A stretch of 64,000 nucleotides of DNA from Planctomycetota bacterium (GTDB taxonomy: Bacteria; Planctomycetota; UBA8108; SXIK01), in NCBI GenBank assembly GCA_965223265.1, contig OZ244999.1, positions 3,008,001 through 3,072,000 on the forward strand. Direction: 5' to 3'. The notes under the pieces are model-generated. The model was not told the DNA's origin. It saw only the letters and a list, made by a program, of their open reading frames with translations, and ran no database searches. The position numbers and the translations under genes are program-made. Shown here in pieces: positions 50,014 to 59,319 of this stretch. How positions within the stretch are numbered: the first letter of the stretch is position 1; each line of letters begins with the position of its first letter.

Positions 50014-50532
50014 ATGCGTACTTTTCTGCTGATCGCGGCCTGTAGTCTTTTGGGTTCACCGACGATCCTATGGTCGCAGGATGATGCCGAGGGTGTACGT
50101 GATCGCCGCGAGGATGCGCGTGACCGCCGCGAGGACGTGCGTGACCGCCGCGAGGACGTGCGTGATCGCCGCGACGACGCCGTGCGGGAGCGGCAGATTC
50201 GCCAGCTTGATCGTCAGATCGAGCATCTTCAGGAAAAGGGTGCCAATCCGACGGCCATCGCTAAACTGAAAGCGAAGCGAGCGCGTCTTGTGGAGGGTGC
50301 CAAGCGCGACCGTCGCGAGGACGTGAGAGACCGCCGCGAAGATATTCGTGACCGTCGCGAGGACGTGAGAGATCGCCGCGAAGATGTTCGTGACCGTCGC
50401 GAGGACGCCCGGGAACGCCGCGAGGAGAAAAAAGCTGGCAAGGACCAAGCGCGCGGTGGGAAAGACAAAGCCAAGCGCAGCAAAGCAAAGAAGACGCGCG
50501 GCCGCTCAGGCGGTAGCCAGTCCCGCCGTTGA
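50014..50532 (+). CDS. Secreted highly charged protein with RDRREDV heptad repeats
   Basis: GGAGG RBS; signal peptide; two blocks of 21-bp repeats (cgtgaccgccgcgaggacgtg); basic tail. Confidence 0.8.
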   Translation: MRTFLLIAACSLLGSPTILWSQDDAEGVRDRREDARDRREDVRDRREDVRDRRDDAVRERQIRQLDRQIEHLQEKGANPTAIAKLKAKRARLVEGAKRDRREDVRDRREDIRDRREDVRDRREDVRDRREDARERREEKKAGKDQARGGKDKAKRSKAKKTRGRSGGSQSRR

Positions 50533-50614
50533 TTCTCCACCAACGCGCACGAGAACGTCGGCCGACCGCTTCAGGCAAGAGGCGGTTCGCCGACGTTCGC
50601 GTTGGCACTGGTCT

Positions 50615-51271
50615 CTACCGCGTCCCGTCCGATCGTTTCCCCGGATTTTTCGGCGGGCAATGTTCGCGCGGCGCGTACTTTTGCAGTTTTCGCTGCAGGG
50701 AACGACGGTGAATGCCAAGGCGTCGCGCCGCCCTGCTCACGTTGCCGCCACAGTCTGACAACACGCGTTGGATGTGCTCCCACTCCGCTCGCGCGAGAGT
50801 CGGCGCCTGGTATTCGGATGTTGGCTCTAGAGGTGCCTTCTCTTCACGTGTGAATGCGGCAATGATCTCGTCTGCATCTGCCGGTTTGGAGAGGTAGCCG
50901 GCAGCACCCAATCGCATCGCCTCGACGGCTGTTGCGATGCTGCCATAACCGGTGAGCACTATGACGCGTGTGGAGGCGTCGATGCGGCGTAGATCGCGCA
51001 GCAGTTCAAGTCCCGATTCACCAGGCATGCGAAGATCGATGACCGCGAGCTCTGGCGACTCCTCGCGGGCAGCGGCGCGCGCAGCAGAGGGATGAGCTGC
51101 TTGGCGAACGTCGTAGCCACGACGCTGAAGTGATCGCGCCAAACGTTCACGAAAGATGTCGTCGTCATCAACGACCAGCAGGGTGCGCGCTTCGGTAGAC
51201 GGGTGTGCCCCCAAGCCCTTAGAATGGGCTTCACCCGCGATCACCGGGGCAGCGTCAACTGGCGCTCTCAA
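50615..51271 (-). CDS. regA: RegA/PrrA/ActR-type response regulator
   Basis: LVVDDD, DLRM, VLTGYGSIATAVEA and EWEHIQRVL..CGGNVSRAARRLGIHRRSLQRKL (Fis-type HTH). Confidence 0.88.
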   Translation of the reverse strand: MRAPVDAAPVIAGEAHSKGLGAHPSTEARTLLVVDDDDIFRERLARSLQRRGYDVRQAAHPSAARAAAREESPELAVIDLRMPGESGLELLRDLRRIDASTRVIVLTGYGSIATAVEAMRLGAAGYLSKPADADEIIAAFTREEKAPLEPTSEYQAPTLARAEWEHIQRVLSDCGGNVSRAARRLGIHRRSLQRKLQKYAPREHCPPKNPGKRSDGTR

Positions 51272-52875
51272 AACCCGACTCCGGCCATGGAGCCTCCGAC
51301 GAGATTGATGATCTCCTCAATTCCCATTGGCGTCAGGTCGAGTCGAAGCAGACCCTTCTTTTCGGCAGAGGAAAACTTCATCGCCTTCATGACCTCGATC
51401 ATCTTCTGGAACACCGGGAGCGGGATTCGCTGCGCCATCTGTTCCATTTGAGCAATACCCTCTTTCAGCTTGCCATCGAGGAACGTGGTGACGGTCTCCG
51501 CCTGGTCTTGGTCTTCGAATGCTGCTTCCACACGTGCACGGATCTGATCCTCAGCCGGGGTTACCTGAAACTCAGCTTCCTTCATCCCCCTAAATGCGTC
51601 GACAACCTCGGGCGAGGTTTCGCGTTCGAGTTCTCGATGGATCTCGGACGTCAGCTCTTCTCCGGTAAGCGCCAGGCCTCGGATGTGATAGTTTGATCGC
51701 AGCGTGTTGAGGAATTTCGCCATGCGTGCATTCGCAGCGAGAGAGTTCTCTTTTGCTTTGAACGCCTTGATGTATTCCTCGAGCGGAAAGTTCTTCGAAC
51801 CTTCGTCAGGTAGCAGGAGCATGTTGCGCGAATTGAGCGACACCAGGCGAACGTGGTTGCCGGTGTAGACGGGGACCTTCGAGTGCATCTCTCGAGACCA
51901 CGCGCCGTCTTTCTTCATCGCTCGGTCGAATTTATTTCGTTCGAATTTTCCTTGGAAAAGAATTCCCATCCCACCGCCGGAGTCGTCGAGCTCACCAGCA
52001 TTGACGACGAGAATTCGTTCGATTCTGACGTTGCCGTACGTGCGAGTGAACTCCAAGATCCCCGCTTTGGCGGAATCAATCTGGCCGGTGAACATTCCAC
52101 TTTGAGGTCCCTCAGGAAGTTTTTCCGCGACCATCTTTGCCAGACTCGACAGGGTGTGTGTCTTCTTGCCAGGGGCAGCAAGCGGGAGTTTGATCGCGAT
52201 CAAGAGGTTGGTGGATGCTGGAAGGCAGTCGACTGGGCGCAGCTCCCACTTTCTCGCGCGGGTCTTGACCGGTTCGCCGGTGAGTGCGTGAAGCGACGTC
52301 GTCGCGGCGTTCTCTACGAAGACATTCTTGTCATCGACGCTTTCGCGGATCGCCGCTGCCAGCTCCTTGATTCCTTTCTGGGCTGCGGCTCGGATCGCTA
52401 GAATCCGGAGCAGATCGCGATCCTCCTTGTTGCTGGCTTCCTTCGCTTTCAACCCTTTGAGGACGAGCTTCGCCTCCTCAGAGCGTCGTTCGTCGTTCGC
52501 CTCCAGCTCTTCGATGCGCTCGCGTATGGAGGGGCCGATCGCAATCAAAGTTTCTCTCGCCCGTTGACGGGTCTTCTCGCTGCGACTCGCAAGGTTTTGA
52601 ATCGCTCGTTCGATCTGTTGTTGTTCCTCCGCGTCTCCACCATCCGAAGAACTTGTTGAGGTCGTCGCCGCGGTAGGTGGAGGCGCTTCGCCTGCGATGA
52701 GTTTCGCCAGTGTCTCGCGATCGTGGGCCTGCCCCATCTGTTCCAGCGCTTCGACAGGATCGAGAAGGGCCAAGAAGTCACCGGAGAGTTCAGTGTCGGG
52801 GGCTAGCGTCAGAATCAAGAACATCATCGGCCTCATTGCCATCACTGCCATCGTTCGATCCTCCAGTTTCGCCAA
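51268..52875 (-). CDS. Hypothetical exported protein with HEAT-like repeats
   Basis: 535-aa ORF with a hydrophobic N-terminus; IERAIQNLAS...RARETLIAIG HEAT-like unit; stop overlaps the regA start. Start may be ATG 52851. Confidence 0.7.
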   Translation of the reverse strand: MAKLEDRTMAVMAMRPMMFLILTLAPDTELSGDFLALLDPVEALEQMGQAHDRETLAKLIAGEAPPPTAATTSTSSSDGGDAEEQQQIERAIQNLASRSEKTRQRARETLIAIGPSIRERIEELEANDERRSEEAKLVLKGLKAKEASNKEDRDLLRILAIRAAAQKGIKELAAAIRESVDDKNVFVENAATTSLHALTGEPVKTRARKWELRPVDCLPASTNLLIAIKLPLAAPGKKTHTLSSLAKMVAEKLPEGPQSGMFTGQIDSAKAGILEFTRTYGNVRIERILVVNAGELDDSGGGMGILFQGKFERNKFDRAMKKDGAWSREMHSKVPVYTGNHVRLVSLNSRNMLLLPDEGSKNFPLEEYIKAFKAKENSLAANARMAKFLNTLRSNYHIRGLALTGEELTSEIHRELERETSPEVVDAFRGMKEAEFQVTPAEDQIRARVEAAFEDQDQAETVTTFLDGKLKEGIAQMEQMAQRIPLPVFQKMIEVMKAMKFSSAEKKGLLRLDLTPMGIEEIINLVGGSMAGVGF

Positions 52876-53043
52876 ACGAACGGAAACATCTTCAGCCAGA
52901 CTGTTAGCATAGATGGCCGATCACCCTGCGACAACAACTATCAAACGTATCGGCAGCGATCCTTCGGTGTGAAACGCTTGCGTCTGCGTCAACGCCGTCA
53001 AGGCGAGTCGATCTTCTCCTTCAACGGACGTGTATGAGCCGTC

Positions 53044-54417
53044 TCAATTGCTGCTCAGTGGGAGAGCAATCGTAGCGATCGTGCCGGTAGTCGGCACCGA
53101 CTCGAGATTGAGCGTGCCGCCTATACGCTCGATGATCGTGCGCGCGAGAAAGAGTCCAAGTCCCATGCCGCGCCCCGGTTCTTTGGTCGTGAAGAAGGGC
53201 TCCCCCGCACGCGCCAGCGTTGCTGCATCCATGCCGCTTCCTTGATCCCACACTTGAACTTCGAGGACATCGTCTTTCGTTCGCCATCGCACCACGACGT
53301 TCGTGTCGTCGGTGGAGGCGTCGAATGCGTTTTTGACCACGGCGCTCACCGCTCGAACCACGGCACGCGGAGGCACGTACAAGATACACGCTTCGCTGCT
53401 CTCGACTGGGTCGAGGCGGATACGATCTGTGTCGGCGACCGCGGCGATCGCTTGCTCTAGGAGGTCGCGAGGGGTCATCCGTTCAGGCGCCTCCCCGGAG
53501 CTTTGTCCAGCTTCGGCTGACAGCTGTTCAAGGATGGCGCGGCAGCGGTCGACTTCGGCGCGAATCAACTTTGTGTCTTCGACTGCCGGTGTCGACTGAG
53601 CGCCGCCCCCGAGCTCGATTTCGAGATCGCGCGCGACGACGGCAATCGTCGACAGCGGCGAAGCCAACTCATGCGCCGCTCCCGCCGCAAGCGTCGCCAG
53701 CGCCTGCAGTTTCTCTCCTTGGGCTTGGCGGCGCCGTGCCTCGCGCAGGTCAGATTCCAGCCGCGCAAACTCGGTGGAGAGGTGAAGAATGAAGTAGACG
53801 ACGACAACTGCGGCAGTGCCGAATGCGACCATGATCCCTTGCAAATAGAGAAGGCGCGCTGCCGCCTCACCGTCCCCCTCCGGCACCGTCAGTACGGCGA
53901 GTTGGGTCAGGTCGCCAAGAGCCTCCAGTGGCATGTGAAAAAAAAAGAGAAGGACGAAACAGACGAGAGTCAGTGTGCCGAGAACGTAAGCCCAACGGCC
54001 GCGCAGGATGATTGCTGCGAGAGTCAAGTGGACGAGATAGAAGATGGAAAATGGGTTCGACGGGCCGCCTGAGACGTAGAGAAGAGCTGTCAAGAGCAGA
54101 ACGTCGAGCAGCATCACCCACTTGATCACGTTGCGTAGACGTCGAGCGTCTTCCTCATTGCGACGACGCTCGCGGCGCGACCAAACGACGAGGCCGACAT
54201 TGGTGGCGGCAGCGACAGCGATGATTGAAATCAGCGCAGCGAGCGGCAGGGCGACCCCGAAGACGGTCGCGACGATGTACACGGTGACCAACTGACCGGA
54301 GACCGCAGCCCAGCGCAGACGGAGAAGCCAAGACATATTCACGAGGCTGCGGCCTATGAGCGACGGCGCGCTTGGAGGACGGTCAGCGTCGGGGAGATCT
54401 GGCGTCGGCGGGACCAT
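53044..54417 (-). CDS. regB: RegB/PrrB/ActS-type sensor histidine kinase
   Basis: LRLRWAAVSGQ, quinone-binding GGxxNPF (GGPSNPF), H-box AAHELASPL, redox Cys in RCRAIL, EPFFTTK and GMGLGLF. Confidence 0.88.
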   Translation of the reverse strand: MVPPTPDLPDADRPPSAPSLIGRSLVNMSWLLRLRWAAVSGQLVTVYIVATVFGVALPLAALISIIAVAAATNVGLVVWSRRERRRNEEDARRLRNVIKWVMLLDVLLLTALLYVSGGPSNPFSIFYLVHLTLAAIILRGRWAYVLGTLTLVCFVLLFFFHMPLEALGDLTQLAVLTVPEGDGEAAARLLYLQGIMVAFGTAAVVVVYFILHLSTEFARLESDLREARRRQAQGEKLQALATLAAGAAHELASPLSTIAVVARDLEIELGGGAQSTPAVEDTKLIRAEVDRCRAILEQLSAEAGQSSGEAPERMTPRDLLEQAIAAVADTDRIRLDPVESSEACILYVPPRAVVRAVSAVVKNAFDASTDDTNVVVRWRTKDDVLEVQVWDQGSGMDAATLARAGEPFFTTKEPGRGMGLGLFLARTIIERIGGTLNLESVPTTGTIATIALPLSSN

Positions 54418-54671
54418 GTGGCGAGTGTAACCGCGTTGGTTGGCTGGGGTAACAGAGGGGTGGGAGAAACTTAGCCTCGAGGGCAGGTCTTGGCGTTGGT
54501 CGTGGCCTGGGAACAGACACGAGTTCAATCTGGACGTCTCGAGCTGTGCGCCACACCCTCAAACGGGCGCAACCTTTGAGTTGCCGTGGGGTTGAAATTC
54601 TATAAAGCCGTTCAAACGGCGTCGAGTTGACGCGACAATTGTGAGCGGAATCACGGCAATGATCCTCGGTA

Positions 54672-56564
54672 GTGGCGGTGCTCATGATCTTGAACCGACG
54701 GCGGTTTGCTCACGGTAGCTGGATGCGAGCGGCAGCGCTGATTGCGCTTTGGCTTCTCACGCCGTGCGAAGATGCACGCGGGGAAGATCTTCTGTCGCCG
54801 ACTGATGCCGCCCGCCAGATCGATCTCTTGCTTGCGGAGCACGACCCCGCGCTAGCCGCGTCGATCCGGCGCACCGACGATGCGACGTTCTTGCGCCGCG
54901 TCCGTTTGAAGTTGACGCATGAACTCCCCGGGACAGACGAGCTCATGCTATTCGCGCTCGACACGCTCCCCGATAAACGTGAGCGTTGGGTCGATCGCAT
55001 TCTGTCTTCAAGCGAGGCCGCCGCAGCGTGGGCGAGATCGTGGCGAGATGTCGTGTTTTCCAGAAGTCAGGATCCCCGTGCGCGATTCGCGGCGCCGGTC
55101 TTCGAAGCGTGGCTAAGCGCTCAGTTTGCCAGCGAAGCAGGATGGGATGAGGTGGCAAGTGCCATGATCACCGCCACGGGGGACGTGAGGCGAAACGGGG
55201 CGACGGCGCTTTTTCTCGCACAATCGGCAGAGGCGACCGAGGTCGCGTCAGAGACGGCGCGAATTTTTTTAGGCGTTCAGCTTCGCTGCGCCGAATGCCA
55301 TGACCATCCCTACGACCAATGGCGCCGCCAACAGTTTCATGAGCTCGCCGCATTCTTTCCACGGGTGCGCATTGAGCGCAAGCGGTCGGCTATCGAACGT
55401 ACATTCGAGGTCGTCCCTTTCGACCGTGAAGGCGGCCTTGCTATCGCGCTTCTCGACGATCCGATCGATTTTTTTCGACGCCATGACGCGAACTCCGACG
55501 AGATTCTCGATCGACGCGAGCTGCCCCCTCAGCTACGACCTCGTCTCGGACGCCTTCTCCGCCTTGCCGACGCCAACGGCGATGGCCGATTGGCGTTGAC
55601 CGAAGTGCAAAACGCCCGCCTGCCACGCGGCCGACGCTTCGCCGAGCATTTTATGCCTGACCTGGAGAATCCTGAGGCACTTGGCACCTTGATGCAGCCG
55701 AAGTTTTTTCTCACCGGTGCTCAACTCGAACCGGGTGCGCCGGATTCGGAGCGCCGGCAGGCGCTCGCCGACCACATAACGGCTCGTGAAAACCCTTGGT
55801 TCGCGAAGGCTTTTGTCAATCGTACGTGGGCTTACATGGTGGGGGTCGGCTTTGGGTCGCCTGTTGATGACTTGGGTCCGACGCGTCCGACGCAGGCTGC
55901 CGAAGCGTGGGAGTTTGTCGCCGAGCAGTTCCGGGTCAGCGGTCACGATCCGAGTTGGCTTTTGGCGACCATCGCAGCAACACAAGCGTTTCAAGCTCAC
56001 AGTCTCGAGGCCCGCGATGTTGACGCGGCGACGGATGCGGCGCTATCGCCAGGTCGTTTTCAGATCACCCGTTTGACCGCACACGAGTTGATTGGCGCCG
56101 TTGAGGATGCTTTCGGTAGGCAATTGAGCGAGTTGGCGTCACTGGGCCAGCGGCGTCGAGCGCCGCAGCGTCGCGCGCTCGCGGCGCGCGAAGTGTTCGA
56201 GCAAACGTTCGGCTTTGATCCTTCGATGCCAATGGACGAAGTCAACAGTACGGTGCCCCAATCGCTTCTGCTCTTGAACTCACCACTCGTGGAAAAGGCG
56301 GTGCAGCTGGTTGTCGCAGAGACTCTCGAGGCTGCCGCTGTCGATCTGGCGGAGCTCTCAGCTAACGACGATGAAGCGTCGCCACCCGGTGGATTCTCCG
56401 TCGCCGTCTCAGACCTCTACATGCGCGCTCTGGCCCGCGGGCCATCCGCTCGCGAAGAACAGGTTGTCGTGGGCTATCTGAACGGGAGCGATGACGTGCA
56501 GGAAGCACTCGAGGATCTCTTCTGGAGCCTGCTCAATTCCACCGAGTTCTTGCATCACCGATGA
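54672..56564 (+). CDS. DUF1549/DUF1553 (PSCyt2/PSD1) planctomycete protein with EF-hand insertion
   Basis: DDATFLRRV, FLGVQLRCAECHDHPY, NPWFAKAFVNRTW, QSLLLLN and LLNSTEF; inserted DANSDEILDRRE and DANGDGRLALTE. Confidence 0.9.
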   Translation: MAVLMILNRRRFAHGSWMRAAALIALWLLTPCEDARGEDLLSPTDAARQIDLLLAEHDPALAASIRRTDDATFLRRVRLKLTHELPGTDELMLFALDTLPDKRERWVDRILSSSEAAAAWARSWRDVVFSRSQDPRARFAAPVFEAWLSAQFASEAGWDEVASAMITATGDVRRNGATALFLAQSAEATEVASETARIFLGVQLRCAECHDHPYDQWRRQQFHELAAFFPRVRIERKRSAIERTFEVVPFDREGGLAIALLDDPIDFFRRHDANSDEILDRRELPPQLRPRLGRLLRLADANGDGRLALTEVQNARLPRGRRFAEHFMPDLENPEALGTLMQPKFFLTGAQLEPGAPDSERRQALADHITARENPWFAKAFVNRTWAYMVGVGFGSPVDDLGPTRPTQAAEAWEFVAEQFRVSGHDPSWLLATIAATQAFQAHSLEARDVDAATDAALSPGRFQITRLTAHELIGAVEDAFGRQLSELASLGQRRRAPQRRALAAREVFEQTFGFDPSMPMDEVNSTVPQSLLLLNSPLVEKAVQLVVAETLEAAAVDLAELSANDDEASPPGGFSVAVSDLYMRALARGPSAREEQVVVGYLNGSDDVQEALEDLFWSLLNSTEFLHHR

Positions 56565-56639
56565 AAGTGACTGCCGCCGACGCCAACCGCGACGGTTCTC
56601 TAGCAGCGTTGGGGACAACCGAAAAAACCGGAGAAGACC

Positions 56640-57944
56640 ATGTCTGACGCGAAGGCCCGACGTTCCACTACCGTCCCCGCGAATTCTCCCTTGGCACGAT
56701 TCGTTCGGCGTCGCGACTTCCTCCGACTTGGCGCCGGCGCTGCATGCGGACTTGGCTTCGCTCAGATGGTACGAGGTGCCGCTGAGGACATGCGGCGTCA
56801 GGGGAAAGCCTGCATCCTCCTGTGGATGCAAGGAGGCCCGAGCCAACTCGAGACCTTCGACCCGAAGCCGGAGCACGAGTCCGGTGGTCCGACCCGCGCG
56901 ATTTCGACGAACGTCGCCGGCATCCGCTTCGCTGAGCATCTTCCTCAGCTCGCTCAAGTGACAGAGCACGTCGCGATCATCCGTTCGATGACAAATCGCG
57001 AAGGAAATCACCAGCGGGCGACCTACCAGCTCCACACCGGTTACTTGCCGTCGAGTGGCGTTGATTATCCGAGTCTTGGGGCCGTGACCGCGGACCGTCT
57101 CGGCGCCGAGCGCGCCGAGTTGCCGCCCTACATCACGGTCGGCTCCTTGGGGCCGGGCAGTTCGATCGGCGGCGGCTTTCTCGGGGTGAAGTACGACCCA
57201 CTTCTCGTCAGGCAGGCAGGGCAATTGCCGGAGAATGCTCGAGTCGGCGTCGACGATGGGCGCTACGAGCGGCGCTTGGGGCTGCTCGCGCGGCTTGACG
57301 ATGAATTCGCAGCCCAAGGCGCTGAGCGTGCTGTTACCGCGCATCGTGACGTCTACAACAGCGCGACGCGATTGGCGCGGAGCGAACAGACCGTAGCGTT
57401 TGAAGTCTCGCGTGAGCCGGAGCAGGTGCGCGAAGCTTACGGCGACACCGAGTTTGGCCGTGGCTGTCTGCTGGCGCGTCGGCTGATTGAGGTCGGCGTG
57501 CCCTTCGTCGAGGTGCGACTGCGAGGCTGGGACACGCATCAGGACAATTTTGAACGTGTGGGTCGTTTGGCGCCCGCCGTCGATCAAGGGTTCGCTCAGC
57601 TCTTACGCGACCTTCATGTGCGCGGACGACTTGAGAAGACGCTGGTGCTTTGGATGGGCGAGTTCGGGCGCACACCGAGGATCAATCCGCGCTCGGGACG
57701 TGACCACTTTCCGCGCGCCTTCAGTGTCGCGATGGCTGGTGGCGGCGTTCGAGGCGGGCAGGTGATCGGCGCAACCAGCAGCGATGGCATGGAGATCAAA
57801 GATCGACCTGTGACGGTTCCTGATCTTTTCTGCTCCGTCTGCCATAGCCTGGGGATTGATCCACGTCATGAGAATCAAGGCACACTGGGGCGCCCGATCC
57901 GCATCGTCGACGGCGGTGAGGTGGTGCGCGAGCTTTTCGCCTGA
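56640..57944 (+). CDS. DUF1501 family protein (Tat signal)
   Basis: RRDFLRLG, WMQGGPSQLETFDPKP, GWDTH, GEFGRTPRIN and GRDH motifs. Confidence 0.93.
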   Translation: MSDAKARRSTTVPANSPLARFVRRRDFLRLGAGAACGLGFAQMVRGAAEDMRRQGKACILLWMQGGPSQLETFDPKPEHESGGPTRAISTNVAGIRFAEHLPQLAQVTEHVAIIRSMTNREGNHQRATYQLHTGYLPSSGVDYPSLGAVTADRLGAERAELPPYITVGSLGPGSSIGGGFLGVKYDPLLVRQAGQLPENARVGVDDGRYERRLGLLARLDDEFAAQGAERAVTAHRDVYNSATRLARSEQTVAFEVSREPEQVREAYGDTEFGRGCLLARRLIEVGVPFVEVRLRGWDTHQDNFERVGRLAPAVDQGFAQLLRDLHVRGRLEKTLVLWMGEFGRTPRINPRSGRDHFPRAFSVAMAGGGVRGGQVIGATSSDGMEIKDRPVTVPDLFCSVCHSLGIDPRHENQGTLGRPIRIVDGGEVVRELFA

Positions 57945-58066
57945 CGCCGCGCTCAGCCATCTTGTGGTGGCGGCAACTTCGGTGAGTGAGTCACGAGGAT
58001 CGCTGCTGCCAACCGCCGCGTAACCGAATTCAAAGAATATTCGACCCGGAACGTGAGGATACCGCT

Positions 58067-59164
58067 ATGAAGCTTTTTTACACTCTGTTCGTTCTGCCAC
58101 CTTTGCTTCTGTTTGTCAGCCGAGGTGTTTCTCTTGCGGGAGATGACAACGAGACGGGCCAAGACGCTGCTGCGCCTTCTGAGCGCGGGGCGGAGATCTT
58201 TCAGCAGCTCGATCGAAATGGCGACGGAGAAGTGGCTCTGGACGAGGTGGACGAGCCTCGGCAGAAGTTCTTTGCTCGTTTACTCAAAGGCGGTGATGCC
58301 GACGCCAACGGCAAGTTGAACCTCGAAGAATTTCGTACAGCCCTCGCGACCTTGCCGCGCGGTGCCCCCAGAGCTCTCCGTGGCAGCGACCGTGCGCGCG
58401 GTGATCGCCCTCGGCCGAGACAGATTTTTCGCCGCTTTGATAAGAATCGAGACGATCGTATCACCCGCGACGAGCTGCCACCGCGGGCGCGTGCCCGGTT
58501 CGACGAGTGGCTGAAGCGTGGCGATCAGGACGGAGACGGAGCGCTGACCCTGCAGGAGGTGGCGCGCGCCCTGCGAACGGATCGAGCGCCGGCGAGCGAC
58601 CGCCCGCCGACCGACGCGGCCCCCGGGGCGATCCTTTTTGCGCTCTTGGACGGCAATCATGACGGCACCCTCACGAAGAAGGAATTGAAGCGCGCCCCGA
58701 AGTTGATTCACCGTTTTGACCTCGATGGAGACGGGGCGCTGTCGGCGCGGGAGCTTCAGCAGGCTCGGTCTCGGGGCGATCGAGCCCCGGGGCGCCGGCC
58801 CGGCATGGTGATTCGGCGACTTGACACCGACGGTGATGGAAGGATTTCACGCGAGGAGGCGAAAGGGCCCCTGAAACAGCGTTTCGACGCCATCGACCGT
58901 AACGGTGACGGCTTCCTTGGGAGGGGCGAATTGAGGCAAGCCTGGCAGGACCGCCAGAGCGCGAAAGCAGAAAAGGGTAAGAAGGGCAAGAAGGGAAAGA
59001 AGGGCCGCAAAGGGAGAAAAGGCAAGAAGGGTAAGAAGGGCAAGAAAGGAAAGCGCGGCGGGGATGAAGCTGCGTCGAGCGACAACGGGGCTGAGACTGA
59101 CGAGCGTCGCTCTGACGTGGAGATCGACGTCTCGGGGAACTCCGCCAAGGTGCGAGAGTTTTAA
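58067..59164 (+). CDS. Secreted multi-EF-hand protein with (KKG)n tail
   Basis: Eight DxDxDG-like loops (DRNGDG, DANG, DKNRDD, DQDGDG, DGNHDG, DLDGDG, DTDGDG, DRNGDG); KGKKGKKG... near the C-terminus. Confidence 0.88.
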   Translation: MKLFYTLFVLPPLLLFVSRGVSLAGDDNETGQDAAAPSERGAEIFQQLDRNGDGEVALDEVDEPRQKFFARLLKGGDADANGKLNLEEFRTALATLPRGAPRALRGSDRARGDRPRPRQIFRRFDKNRDDRITRDELPPRARARFDEWLKRGDQDGDGALTLQEVARALRTDRAPASDRPPTDAAPGAILFALLDGNHDGTLTKKELKRAPKLIHRFDLDGDGALSARELQQARSRGDRAPGRRPGMVIRRLDTDGDGRISREEAKGPLKQRFDAIDRNGDGFLGRGELRQAWQDRQSAKAEKGKKGKKGKKGRKGRKGKKGKKGKKGKRGGDEAASSDNGAETDERRSDVEIDVSGNSAKVREF

Positions 59165-59319
59165 CCTCCGTCATGGGAAAAGGCTGCTAAGATAGGCCCC
59201 TTTATGTTCGCGCCGTCGAGTGCCGAAGAAGTCAGTATCGGCATCGTCGACTCGGTCGCGCCGAGCACAACCTCTCGTTGGACCCTATCTAAGAGCGCCC
59301 TCGCGCAGAGTTGCAACCC

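Noticed and set aside
54637-54649. lac operator-like AATTGTGAGCGGA
   Set aside because: Only 13 bp match, the right half-site is missing and no vector sequence is nearby. The overlapping RegA-box-like GCGAC is also too weak to call.
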